A program made the translations under genes and the position numbers. Below are positions 24,239-33,537 of a DNA stretch of 64,000 bases, one piece after another. The DNA comes from Euglena gracilis (lineage: Eukaryota). Within the stretch, counting starts at the first letter, position 1. The number at the start of each line of letters is the position of its first letter. The notes under the pieces are model-generated. The model was not told the origin of the DNA, ran no database searches, and saw only the letters and a program-made list of their open reading frames with translations. Location: NCBI GenBank assembly GCA_039621445.1, contig CP154954.1, forward strand, positions 13,806,387-13,870,386. Reading direction: 5' to 3'.

Positions 24239-26818
24239 ATGCAAAGCACAGGCCCCAACCATCAATTCAACTATGCCTTATTCCAGGCATCATTGCAAGA
24301 CATTGACCAAGAAAATGGGGATTGGAAGCTTTTATGTGAAAGTGCTTCCAGTTCCCACGCCGATGAGGCACAGTTGGTTCAATTGTCACAATTGCAACAT
24401 TTGTCATCATTGACAGTGGTCGGCGATGAGCCTTCCACTTCATTGGCTTCAGAGGCTAATGCGGCCTCTTCCGCACTCACCTTGCCACAACGGGGGTATT
24501 CGCCTCTGTCTGCGGCAATGGTGCAGCTGCGCACACCGGAGAAACCCGTGGTGATTCCGCCACCGGGCTTCTCTGGTGATGGTGGGCTAGAATCCTCGTG
24601 TTTCTTTCAACCACCACCCGCTCTTCCACCGGCAAGCCCTTATAGAGCTTTGCCACCACCACCCGATCTTGGGTGCTATCCCGCACTACCTTGGCAACCG
24701 GAGACTCGCCTAGTGGTACCGGAATTCTCCGGTATGTCCCAACCCATGGATGGCTATGGGAAGGGCACTGGTGAGCTCCTTACCGCTGGGGATGTGGAGG
24801 ATATCGTTGCTCGGCTTCCAGGGGATCACCCCCTTGTGAGGCAGTTCAACCATGTGCAACAATGCGTTGCAGACTGTGCAACCGCACTCAACAAAGTGCT
24901 CCAGTTTGATGAGGACAACCAAAAACATATCTTCACCAAGCTGGAATACTGCTGGAATTACTTGCAGGAAGTTGGCAAATATTGCCAGAGGAATTTCGAA
25001 AGTGCGGGTATTGACCTTGCAAACTTTCGGGAAACCTTTGACAAAATGTGCCAACAACTCCCGCAAAACTTCCGGCAAATTAGTGAATGCATGCATGAAG
25101 CGGAAACGCGGAATGACTCCAAGTTTCTGCACTTGCATGACTCACTACAACAGTTATCGGGACAAATGGAGTCCTGTTCATCCGCGTTGTTGCATTTGCA
25201 ACAACAGTTGCATGCACGAGATTCCTCGTCTGCAACAACACACAGTGGTGGATTTGTGTCTATGGACCATTTCACCACATTGTCCGCAACTTTCCATGAA
25301 TCGCAACACCGCATTATGCAGTTGTGCGATGAAACGGAAAAGTTTCGGCAATTCCAGTCACAAGCAAACGGGAATTTTGCTCCCCACACGTATGTGCGGC
25401 AGTTAGAGGAGCGACTTTCCCGTTTGGAGCAGAAAACCTGCTATTGTGACGCGAATCAGGTTGGATTATCCAATCTGAGCGCGAAAGTAGCGGAAGTAGC
25501 ACAACGGCAGGATTCCCTGCAGTTGCAGTTGCAATCCGACATTGGCGGGGTTAACTCGGCCATTGCGGGTTTGCAACAAAGCTATTCCGCACTTTCCCAC
25601 CGAGTTCCGGACATTAGCGGTATTCAGACTGCTATTGGGGAACTCCAGACCCCGTATGCATCGGTGTCTACCAAAGTAACGGAAATGCAGTATCTACCTG
25701 CAGGTTCCAGTTCTCGGATTACCGAGAACCCTGATTTCAGGGCATTTTATGACAAAATGCTCACTAACAATCAGGAAACCTTGCAAGATTTTTGCAACAG
25801 CCTATTACGGGTTGAGGAATCGGTGAATCGGAATGCCCGATCCACGCAAAGTGAGATTACCAGGTTGGATGAGCGAATTTCCGCGTTTTTGGATAAGCCA
25901 CAACCCGGAAATTTGCCCATGGGTACCACAACCGTGTTGTCGGATAACCCTGCACCGGTTGCACCCACCACCACACCAACCAAGGTGACATCACCTTTGC
26001 AGATTCTCTCAAATGCTGTAAAAGCATTAATGGGACAACTCCAATTATTGGATAAGTCTCACGGGAAACTTGTCCAAGATGTTACCGGAATTTCCGAAAG
26101 GATTCCGCACTTGGATGACTTTTCCCGTTACCGCAAGCGTATTCGCGCTTTGGAGGATGAAGTTGACCGTATTTGCGGCCAACTCCAACTCGTTGAGCAT
26201 TTGGAGCAAAGTGTGCATGACTTGTCTGTGGGTTTGGATAATGTGTCCAACCAACAGCAGGTTTCACACCGCAATTCGGCAGTATGCATTGCCGAAGATG
26301 CGCCAAATGTTCCAGAGTCGCGTTCCCATAACCCGGCTCTGGGTGCACATGCACCACCACCACCCGTGTCCCGAGTGTCACAATCCGCGATTCCGCGAAT
26401 TGTGCCACCATTGGCCTTGTCCACAACCCAAACCCAGTTTTCGGACGAATTTCCCATTACGGGAACCGAATTTGCGGAAAACACGGCGATTCCGCCAAGT
26501 CTCCACCAAGAAATTCGTCATTCCATGCTTGTGCGTGGAATGAGCCAAACCCGACACCGGGAGTGGGTCACATGTTGCATGCGCGACATACCCCCACACC
26601 GGAGAGTCTCCCTATTACGGGTGACCAACAGGGTTTGCGACCGGATTTCCGGTACCAGGATTCACCTTCACCAGAAATTTCGCGATTCGGACAAGAATCC
26701 GGAAAGGATACGCTTGGTGCTCGAGCGTACCCAGGCCCAAAACCGCGGAATACCACCGAGGGTCAACGGGTTTTTCAGAAAGACTTCAAGGGCACCATCG
26801 CAATCGCGAATAAGGTGA
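24239..26818 (+). CDS. gag: Gag N-terminal part: Pro-rich segment and long coiled-coil region
   Basis: 859-codon ORF starting ~200 nt after the PBS, rich in Q/L/E heptads. It overlaps the next ORF (-1 frame). The last ~100 aa are probably out-of-frame run-on. Confidence 0.75.
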   Translation: MQSTGPNHQFNYALFQASLQDIDQENGDWKLLCESASSSHADEAQLVQLSQLQHLSSLTVVGDEPSTSLASEANAASSALTLPQRGYSPLSAAMVQLRTPEKPVVIPPPGFSGDGGLESSCFFQPPPALPPASPYRALPPPPDLGCYPALPWQPETRLVVPEFSGMSQPMDGYGKGTGELLTAGDVEDIVARLPGDHPLVRQFNHVQQCVADCATALNKVLQFDEDNQKHIFTKLEYCWNYLQEVGKYCQRNFESAGIDLANFRETFDKMCQQLPQNFRQISECMHEAETRNDSKFLHLHDSLQQLSGQMESCSSALLHLQQQLHARDSSSATTHSGGFVSMDHFTTLSATFHESQHRIMQLCDETEKFRQFQSQANGNFAPHTYVRQLEERLSRLEQKTCYCDANQVGLSNLSAKVAEVAQRQDSLQLQLQSDIGGVNSAIAGLQQSYSALSHRVPDISGIQTAIGELQTPYASVSTKVTEMQYLPAGSSSRITENPDFRAFYDKMLTNNQETLQDFCNSLLRVEESVNRNARSTQSEITRLDERISAFLDKPQPGNLPMGTTTVLSDNPAPVAPTTTPTKVTSPLQILSNAVKALMGQLQLLDKSHGKLVQDVTGISERIPHLDDFSRYRKRIRALEDEVDRICGQLQLVEHLEQSVHDLSVGLDNVSNQQQVSHRNSAVCIAEDAPNVPESRSHNPALGAHAPPPPVSRVSQSAIPRIVPPLALSTTQTQFSDEFPITGTEFAENTAIPPSLHQEIRHSMLVRGMSQTRHREWVTCCMRDIPPHRRVSLLRVTNRVCDRISGTRIHLHQKFRDSDKNPERIRLVLERTQAQNRGIPPRVNGFFRKTSRAPSQSRIR

Positions 26819-28215
26819 AACCCCAGTGGGACGGTGATCCAACCACATGGAGACAGTTTTTCCGGGACTGGGAGTACTACTGGGCATTGAAAGGGCCAAC
26901 CCACGACACAAACCCGGAGGTGATCAAGATGGAATTCATCGATTGCCTCCCTAGGGATGAGAAGGAGCGCGCGCGACAACTTGTCATTCGCTACCGCGTT
27001 TCCTTTCATGACCTGGTGGAGCAATACGCTTCCACCAGTTCAAGTTTGGTCGCTAGGATTACCCTAGAGACCAAGTGGCGGCAATGCGCCCCACCGGACC
27101 GCAAGTGGAAGTCCATTGACCTTTGGTACGCCAAATGGTTAGGACTTGCCGCTGAAGTGGATGAACTCAGTGGAAAGCAAATGCGCGAACAGTTTGACGC
27201 TGTTCTCATGCATTTCACGCCTAGCCTCATCAAGGATATCCACCGTGAGGAGTTGGCGAGTCATCCAATGACTCTTGACCAACGCTGGAACTACGTTTCC
27301 AAGCAATTGAAGCTATCACAGCTTCTTGGTCAGATTCAATCCGCGTATAACGCACACCCAACCGCTGGATTACCGGCTGGTTCAGTGAACGCGTTGCAAA
27401 AATCACTGGTTTCACCCACTTCACCAACCACGGGATCGAAAACGCGATACCCGCGTTCTTCGGACCAAGCCACGGATAAAGTGTGCTTTTTGTGCAACAA
27501 ATCGGGACATATGTCTCGGGAATGTCCTAATCCTGAAGCGCGTAAGCGTATTCAGAGTCCGCGAGGCTCCACCTCATCACGAGGTTCGGGTTCCTCCGCG
27601 TTTTCACGCCAATCGGGCAATTCACGGTCATCGGGTCCCCGTTCCGGTGGTATTAGCCCCCGGATCCCGTTCCGCGATGAGCGGAAACACGGTACCCCTC
27701 GGGGTAGGTCACCCGGTGCCCCGGCCAAGAAGCGTGATTCTCATCGCGAGACATCGCGATCGCGTTCGCGAAGCGGATCATCTTCTTCGCGATCCTCATC
27801 GGGAAAACCCCGATACACCGGTCATGGTCGACGGGATACCCGGTCACCACGACGGTTTGACGGGAAATCGGGAAACCGATCCCCCCGTTACCCAGAATCG
27901 CGACACAAATCGCGGTGTTCGCTTTGTGGATCGAGTGATCACCACTCATCCAAATGTCCGCGTTCTCGTTCTCCCCGCCCTGGCCAACGTCATCGCGGTA
28001 TGAATCGCGGTGACAAGGGTCACTCCTCCAACCGCCATAAAGTCGGTTTCAAGATATCTTGTTTGGAGGATGACACCCCGGCTTCGGGCAGGGAGGGGGA
28101 TGAGACCACGGATACCGATTTCGACGAGGCCCGCATGGCGGTGCGCACGTTGAAATCCGTTTATACCTCTAAAAGGCCCATAGCCGGCTATTCGGCCGGT
28201 TCGGACCTGGAGTAG
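26563..28215 (+). CDS. gag: Gag C-terminal part: capsid-like domain, two CCHC zinc knuckles, RS-rich nucleocapsid region
   Basis: KPQWDGDPTTWRQFFRDW capsid-like start; CFLCNKSGHMSREC (27484-27525); CSLCGSSDHHSSKC (27916-27957); R/S-rich basic tract. Confidence 0.9.
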   Translation: MGHMLHARHTPTPESLPITGDQQGLRPDFRYQDSPSPEISRFGQESGKDTLGARAYPGPKPRNTTEGQRVFQKDFKGTIAIANKVKPQWDGDPTTWRQFFRDWEYYWALKGPTHDTNPEVIKMEFIDCLPRDEKERARQLVIRYRVSFHDLVEQYASTSSSLVARITLETKWRQCAPPDRKWKSIDLWYAKWLGLAAEVDELSGKQMREQFDAVLMHFTPSLIKDIHREELASHPMTLDQRWNYVSKQLKLSQLLGQIQSAYNAHPTAGLPAGSVNALQKSLVSPTSPTTGSKTRYPRSSDQATDKVCFLCNKSGHMSRECPNPEARKRIQSPRGSTSSRGSGSSAFSRQSGNSRSSGPRSGGISPRIPFRDERKHGTPRGRSPGAPAKKRDSHRETSRSRSRSGSSSSRSSSGKPRYTGHGRRDTRSPRRFDGKSGNRSPRYPESRHKSRCSLCGSSDHHSSKCPRSRSPRPGQRHRGMNRGDKGHSSNRHKVGFKISCLEDDTPASGREGDETTDTDFDEARMAVRTLKSVYTSKRPIAGYSAGSDLE

Positions 28216-28251
28216 GGAAGCCCGAGGTCCGAGGGCACGGACCTCTGGGCT
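28213..28251 (+). promoter_or_regulatory. Candidate gag-pol stop-codon readthrough signal (UAG-G + hairpin)
   Basis: TAG GGA AGCCC-GAGGTCCG-agggca-CGGACCTC-t-GGGCT: a 13-bp GC-rich stem 3 nt after the gag stop. Protease continues in the same frame. Confidence 0.65.
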
Positions 28252-28830
28252 GATGAACAGATGGAGGTAGGACCTGATCAACCCTGCCCCCCCTGCCCAT
28301 CTGCCTTTCTGGTCGGTACCCGGAAAATTTTCGTGTCCACCACCCCCCACTCGAACTTTCCGCTCGGAATGTTGTGCAAAGTAGGAAAGGGTTCATGGGA
28401 AAGCTGGCAAGAAAACGTATTTTCGCCAGACCCTTCACTTTGCTTACCCCCCATGGAACTTTTGGTCCAAGCGGAAATCAAAATCCAAAATTTTTGTGCA
28501 AAAGTCAAAATTCTCATTGACACTGGTTGTCGCATTGCACTACTTTTTCGGTTCGGGTTGATACCAACCCCCCTCTTGGTGAAAGCTAAGAAGCCGATCA
28601 AAATTACGACGGCTGATAACACCCCCATGTGCGGTGGTGACTTGGGATGATTTTTGGACATTGTCCTACCCCTCATCCCCAAGCACCACTCACACCCCCC
28701 CCAACCGCAAAATTTTCCGGATACCTGAGGATATGAATCCGGAATCCATGGTTCTGACGTAATTCTGGGACACACCTTTTTACGTCAGCACCGGCTGGTA
28801 GTGGATTGCCACTCCCACGGTTTGTGCACA
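28216..28830 (+). pseudogene. Retropepsin-type aspartic protease with two in-frame TGA stops
   Basis: KILIDTGC (D at 28519), IKITTADN flap, and DVILGHTFLRQHRLVVDC in the same frame after TGA at 28648 and 28726. Confidence 0.9.
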
Positions 28831-29661
28831 TCACCATTCTCTTCATTGCCCCCCAAACCCTCATCACCTGTGGCGTCAACCGCGATAGCCACCAATTTTT
28901 CCACACTGTTTTCGAAAACTTTTACCCCGTTACCAACCACACCAACCAACGTTTTCTACACCGGGTGTACCGAGAAAGTTCACCCCCTGCCCGTAGACAC
29001 ACCAACTTCCGTTCCCCATGAGGCAGGGCAAGCGAGTAGCGGTACCCCCCTCGTTTCACTGGGTTACAAGACGAAAGCCCAAAGGCCTGAAGTGATCACG
29101 ATGTCGAGTAGTCGCCCAGCTGCATCAATACCCCGTTTTCCACCAGATGTATCGCTTTCAGATACATCTGTACACCCCCCAGCAGCTTCAAAAGCGCATC
29201 CGAACTTTTACACACACCCTCACCAGACCAACATGCGCGACCAGGACCACTACTCCGAAACTTCCTTCCAATGTGTGCACTGTAGGAGAATTTCTGCCCA
29301 GCCAGATTTCGATTGTGGATGTCTAGTCCAAACACCAACACTATTCCCGATTTCGTGTAACCATACACTTGGTTGCGGTTCGCAATGCGCGACCGTACAT
29401 CAAGTGCTCCAACAACGAGGTATTGCCTTGTTGTTTGGGACCGCGAAATCCGTGTCACACACCTCCCCCAATTCCATCTGGCATGATATGGACTGGGTAT
29501 ACACCCATCCAACCCATCAACCCTCGGGAATGCCCCTAGGGAGTGTGGATGACACACCCTTGACCTATGTTTACGGATCCCTGAATTGCGTTACCGCTCT
29601 TCAGCCCGCGAACCAGGTCGACACCTACGCGATGCGCGTATGGAACGCATTCAATTTTGGT

Positions 29662-30066
29662 CAATACCGTATTTTGGAGGAATGGTTCTCCAAAATCGCG
29701 GGTTTGGCTGATACCTTCGATTTGTCGTTGGAAATTGATGCGTTTTCATCAAAAGCGCATGCGCGCTTGTCGCAATATTGGTCGCGACATACCAACGCAT
29801 TTCTGAAATTTTGGGGTGATACCGTGCTATGGATGCACCCTCCCCCAAAACGTGTCCCGGATGTGGTGGATAAAATCCTCCGCGATGAAGCGCGAGGAGC
29901 TCTCCTCATACCCGTCAATCCGAACGCGGATTGGTTTCACCAACTATCCTATGTGTGTTTCCATTGGTGGGATTTCCCCGCTGATGTACCACTATTTGAG
30001 GATTTTTGTGGTATATTATTACCACCGGTTAAAGAAATCATTTTTCGCGTTTGTTTCTTTGACGCA
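29662..30066 (+). CDS. Dam/DIRS-type DNA N6-adenine methyltransferase-like domain within Pol
   Basis: LEIDAFSSKAHARLSQYWS-(3)-NAFLKFWGDTVLWMHPPPKRVPDVVDKILRDEARGALLIPVNPNADWF follows the motif order of DIRS MT domains as I know them: xDxFAS, DAF..W, xPP, V.KI, P.WP...WF. Confidence 0.8.
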
Positions 30067-30249
30067 TTCGGAATATCCGATGTGCGTGTGCCAAGATACC
30101 TTGGTACGGATGGGGATGCCACACCCTCAACTCAGATTTCTGCGGTCATTGAGAGTGCGGACCAACACCCCAAGTCTGCTGACTATTGTTCGCGAATTAC
30201 TCGTGAATTCCATGGTGTACTGGATAATCCAGTTTACGCCTGCGACATC

Positions 30250-31210
30250 GACCCCGCGATTCGCCGTCCGTTCGGTGTTTGCAAAATCGAGCTCAAGGAT
30301 GGCGCTAAACCCATGCACTGGAAAATTTTCCGTTGTTCGGGTGAACACGAACAAGCTCTCAACGAGATGATTGAGAAGCTCATCCAGCGGAAGTGGATTA
30401 TCCCTTCCAAGAGCGAGTGGACATCACAAGCTTTTGTGGTGCCCAAACCCGCTGACCAGTCTGGTCAGAAAAAGTGGAGACTAGTGCTGGATTACCGGTA
30501 TCTGAACTCCCAAACCAAGGATGACCCCTTCCCGTTACCGCTGATCGAGGATTTGATCACCAAACAATCGGATAACCGGTTGTGGTCAATCTTTGATCTG
30601 GAAGACGGCTTCCATCAGATGCATTTGCATCCTGATTCGCAACCGTACACGGCATTCGTGACATCCAAGGGTGTGTACCAATGGATGGTACTCCCCATGG
30701 GTGTTAAGAATGGCCCAGCCATGTTTCAACGCATGATCCAGTGGGTTTTGCGCGATTTACCGTTTGCTCTGGTGTACATCGATGATGTAATGGTGGGAAC
30801 CCAACCGCCATCCGCGAAATCGGGCGAGGATATCCTCGAACCGCATTATCGCGATGTGCGGGCGGTATTATCCGCGTTCAAAAAGCATTTGCTTTTTGTG
30901 AAGGGTTCCAAAATGCACCTGTTTCGCAAAATTATTAAGTTTAGCGGGCATATCCTGAGCAACGGGCAGCGTAAAGCCGCACCCAGTAAGATGGAGGCCA
31001 TTAAGAAATGGACTCCTGAGGTCATTAAGATCTTAACGCATTTAAAGGGATTTTTGGGATTAGCCCAATATTACGCGATTTACATGAAAGATTTCGCGAA
31101 AATCGCGGTACCCCTAACCCGACAACTCAAAAATCGGACACCCGATAACGCAAAAGTCATTTGGGATGTCCAAATGCGCGAGGCCTTGAATAAACTCAAG
31201 AAACTTACTC
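30250..31210 (+). CDS. pol: Reverse transcriptase (3' part of ORF 28801-31302)
   Basis: WRLVLDYRYLNSQT, PFPLPLIEDL, FDLEDGFHQM, TAFVT, LPMGVKNGPAMFQR, YIDD (30775-30786), LKGFLGLAQYY. Ty3/Gypsy-type. Confidence 0.97.
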
Positions 31211-31219
31211 CTCGAGAAC

Positions 31220-32317
31220 GTGGTTCTCGATATCGCGGATCCATACAAACCGTACGTCCTGGAAGTCGACAGCAGCGATTACGCTGTTGGCGGGGTTCTT
31301 AGCCAGCATAATGCGGCGAATGAACTCCGACCTGTGGCTTTCTTCAGCAGGAAGCTACAGGGCGACAACAGGAAAGGACAGGTTAAATGGAGCATTCGCG
31401 AAAAGGAGACATATGCCATTGTGCTTATTCTCCAGAAATTCCGCAGCTGGATAGCCAGCAGCTTGGTCCACATACTCGTGTTGACGGATCATGAGAGCCT
31501 TCAGCACTGGTATACCGAGGACCTAAACAAGGCCATGTCATCAGTGGGCAGAAGATGCCGATGGCATGAGTTCTTGAGCCAGTTTAACCTGGTGGTTATC
31601 TATACCCCAGGTCACACGCAAAAAGTTGCGGATCCTCTCAGCCGAGCCCCCTGGTATTATCCTGGGAACCCGGATGAGGGTGATGCGACTTTTCATGGCA
31701 GCCATGAGGCTGACCAGTTCGCACGTCGATCCGACGCTGCGGACAACATTCTCGATTCATCACCCGTTTCCCGGGTATATCGCAGCATCGCCATTTCACC
31801 ATTGCGTGGAAGGCGCCGGCGTGGACGCACTGCCGGACCCCGTCGCATTACGCGTACGGAAACTCCTACCCCCCTATTTTTCCGCGAATGGGATTATTCG
31901 CGTGACCCTATATATAGTATCATTGTGAATAGACTTCGTAATGGTGAATCCATAGAGAATTACTCTCTATCACCATTGCGGCTTATTTTCCGGAATGATT
32001 CTGGTTATAAATATTGTATACCCCAAGACCTGGTTGATGATGTGATTTTGAGCTATCACAACCATGGTCACCCTGGGGCCCCCAAACTTCTTTCACTAGT
32101 GGGTCGCAGATATTGCACAACCCTGAGTGAAAAATATTTATATTCGCGCTGTTTGCGAATTTTGCAACGGTGCCAGATTTGTCAGGCTGTGAAACCGCGC
32201 AGCGGTACCCCCCCTGGTACGATGGACTTTTTCCCCGTACCACCGGACATTTTTACGTCCCTCTGCATGGATTTTCTCGAACTTGAACCTTGCAAAGGAT
32301 CAGATGACCAAATTTAG
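31220..32317 (+). CDS. pol: RNase H and integrase HHCC zinc-binding domain (after a 1-nt frameshift at ~31205)
   Basis: YVLEVDSSDYAVGGVLSQ, PVAFFSRKL, REKETYAIV, LTDHESL, VADPLSR; then HNHGHPG...CQICQAVK and SLCMDF. A TAG at 32315 interrupts the integrase core. Confidence 0.95.
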   Translation: MVLDIADPYKPYVLEVDSSDYAVGGVLSQHNAANELRPVAFFSRKLQGDNRKGQVKWSIREKETYAIVLILQKFRSWIASSLVHILVLTDHESLQHWYTEDLNKAMSSVGRRCRWHEFLSQFNLVVIYTPGHTQKVADPLSRAPWYYPGNPDEGDATFHGSHEADQFARRSDAADNILDSSPVSRVYRSIAISPLRGRRRRGRTAGPRRITRTETPTPLFFREWDYSRDPIYSIIVNRLRNGESIENYSLSPLRLIFRNDSGYKYCIPQDLVDDVILSYHNHGHPGAPKLLSLVGRRYCTTLSEKYLYSRCLRILQRCQICQAVKPRSGTPPGTMDFFPVPPDIFTSLCMDFLELEPCKGSDDQI

Positions 32318-33324
32318 GATTACGTTTTTGTTGTCGTCTGTCGGCTGAGTGGGTACATAGTAGCCATTTCATGCCGGAAAGCAGGGTTGACAGCCCAAAT
32401 TTTGGCATCCATATTCCTGGAGAAATGTATCTGCTTAATGGGTTTACCGAACGAAATCGTGACTGATCAAGATCACTTGATCTCTTCGCGGTTTTTCACA
32501 ACTTTGTGCGGTTTACTCGGCATTGAGCAGCATTTTTCCATTATATACCGCCCGAAAGGCAATGGTAGAGCCGAGGCAGCCGTGAAATCCGTTGTCAATA
32601 TGCTTCGCCTTTCACTGGCTGACTCGGGTAAGAATTGGTTATCCGTTCTTCATTGGTGTTTATTTTACATCAATACCTTGCCAGGGTTGGTATTACCACG
32701 CTCACCGTACAAAATTGTTTTCGGACGAGACCCTCCGGCCATAGGGGATATCCCCTCGGAGAGACCCGCCCGAAGTAGCGTCAGCTGTGAAACGTGGTTT
32801 GCAGAAGTGGAATTACTCCGCTCTGCAGTCCAATCACGTATCACAGAAATTCATTTCAACAAACGGAAATCGTTTTTACAGAACTTCAACACACCTGTGT
32901 ATAGTCCAGGTGACCGCGTGTGGGTACGGAATAACCGCACCCGCATGCAATCTTCCAAGCTAGATCCTCTTTGGCTCGGCCATGCAAAATTTTGGAGAGG
33001 TTAGGTAGTAGCGGGCGATATAAAGTTGCCTTGCCCAACGGGATTGACGACGTCCATATGGACGACTTCAAACCGTACCTAAGCCCCCCAGACGGAAAAG
33101 CTATCCCCTGCCTATATTTCAAGCCCCGTTCCAGATTACCTGAAACGGACGACTTTGTGGTCGATAAGATAATAGACCACAAGGTCGACAGGGGTGTGCA
33201 CTACTGGAAAGTTCGCTGGAAAGGGTATGGGCCAGAGGAGGACACTTGGGAGCCAGCATCCAGTTTTGTTGGATATTACCAGCAGGATTGGAAGCTGTGG
33301 AACAGGCGCAATAACATAACATAA
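32318..33324 (+). pseudogene. pol: Integrase DDE core, GPY/F-like region and C-terminal chromodomain (frameshift at ~32980)
   Basis: IVTDQD and GNGRAEAAVK catalytic motifs; PGDRVWV...[13 protein letters not shown]; chromodomain [34 protein letters not shown] from 33154. Confidence 0.95.
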
Positions 33325-33537
33325 ACATAAACACTTTCTGAAACGATTTCGTTTTGGAGAATGTGTGTGTTTTATGTGAATGTTTCGCGTTTATACCCCC
33401 CCCTGCACTTCTTTATTTCTCTACCTTTCTCGCAGAGTTTTTGATTAAGATAGAAGCCTACCTTTTTCAGTGCACCAGCACTCAAAGCGACAGACAACAA
33501 GGTTACCCTTCGTTGTCGTCGTCGTTCGGGTAGCATC

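Noticed and set aside
28648-32990. Idea that the in-frame TGA/TAG codons in pol reflect an alternative genetic code, or conflict with near-identical LTRs
   Set aside because: Trp, Cys and Tyr use normal codons throughout. Two differences in 308 bp of LTR imply tens of substitutions over 16 kb, so a few nonsense and indel lesions are expected from ordinary decay or assembly error.
33331-33350. acactttctga resembling the start of the Euglena spliced-leader exon
   Set aside because: Only ~11 nt match and the rest of the SL sequence is absent; compatible with chance.
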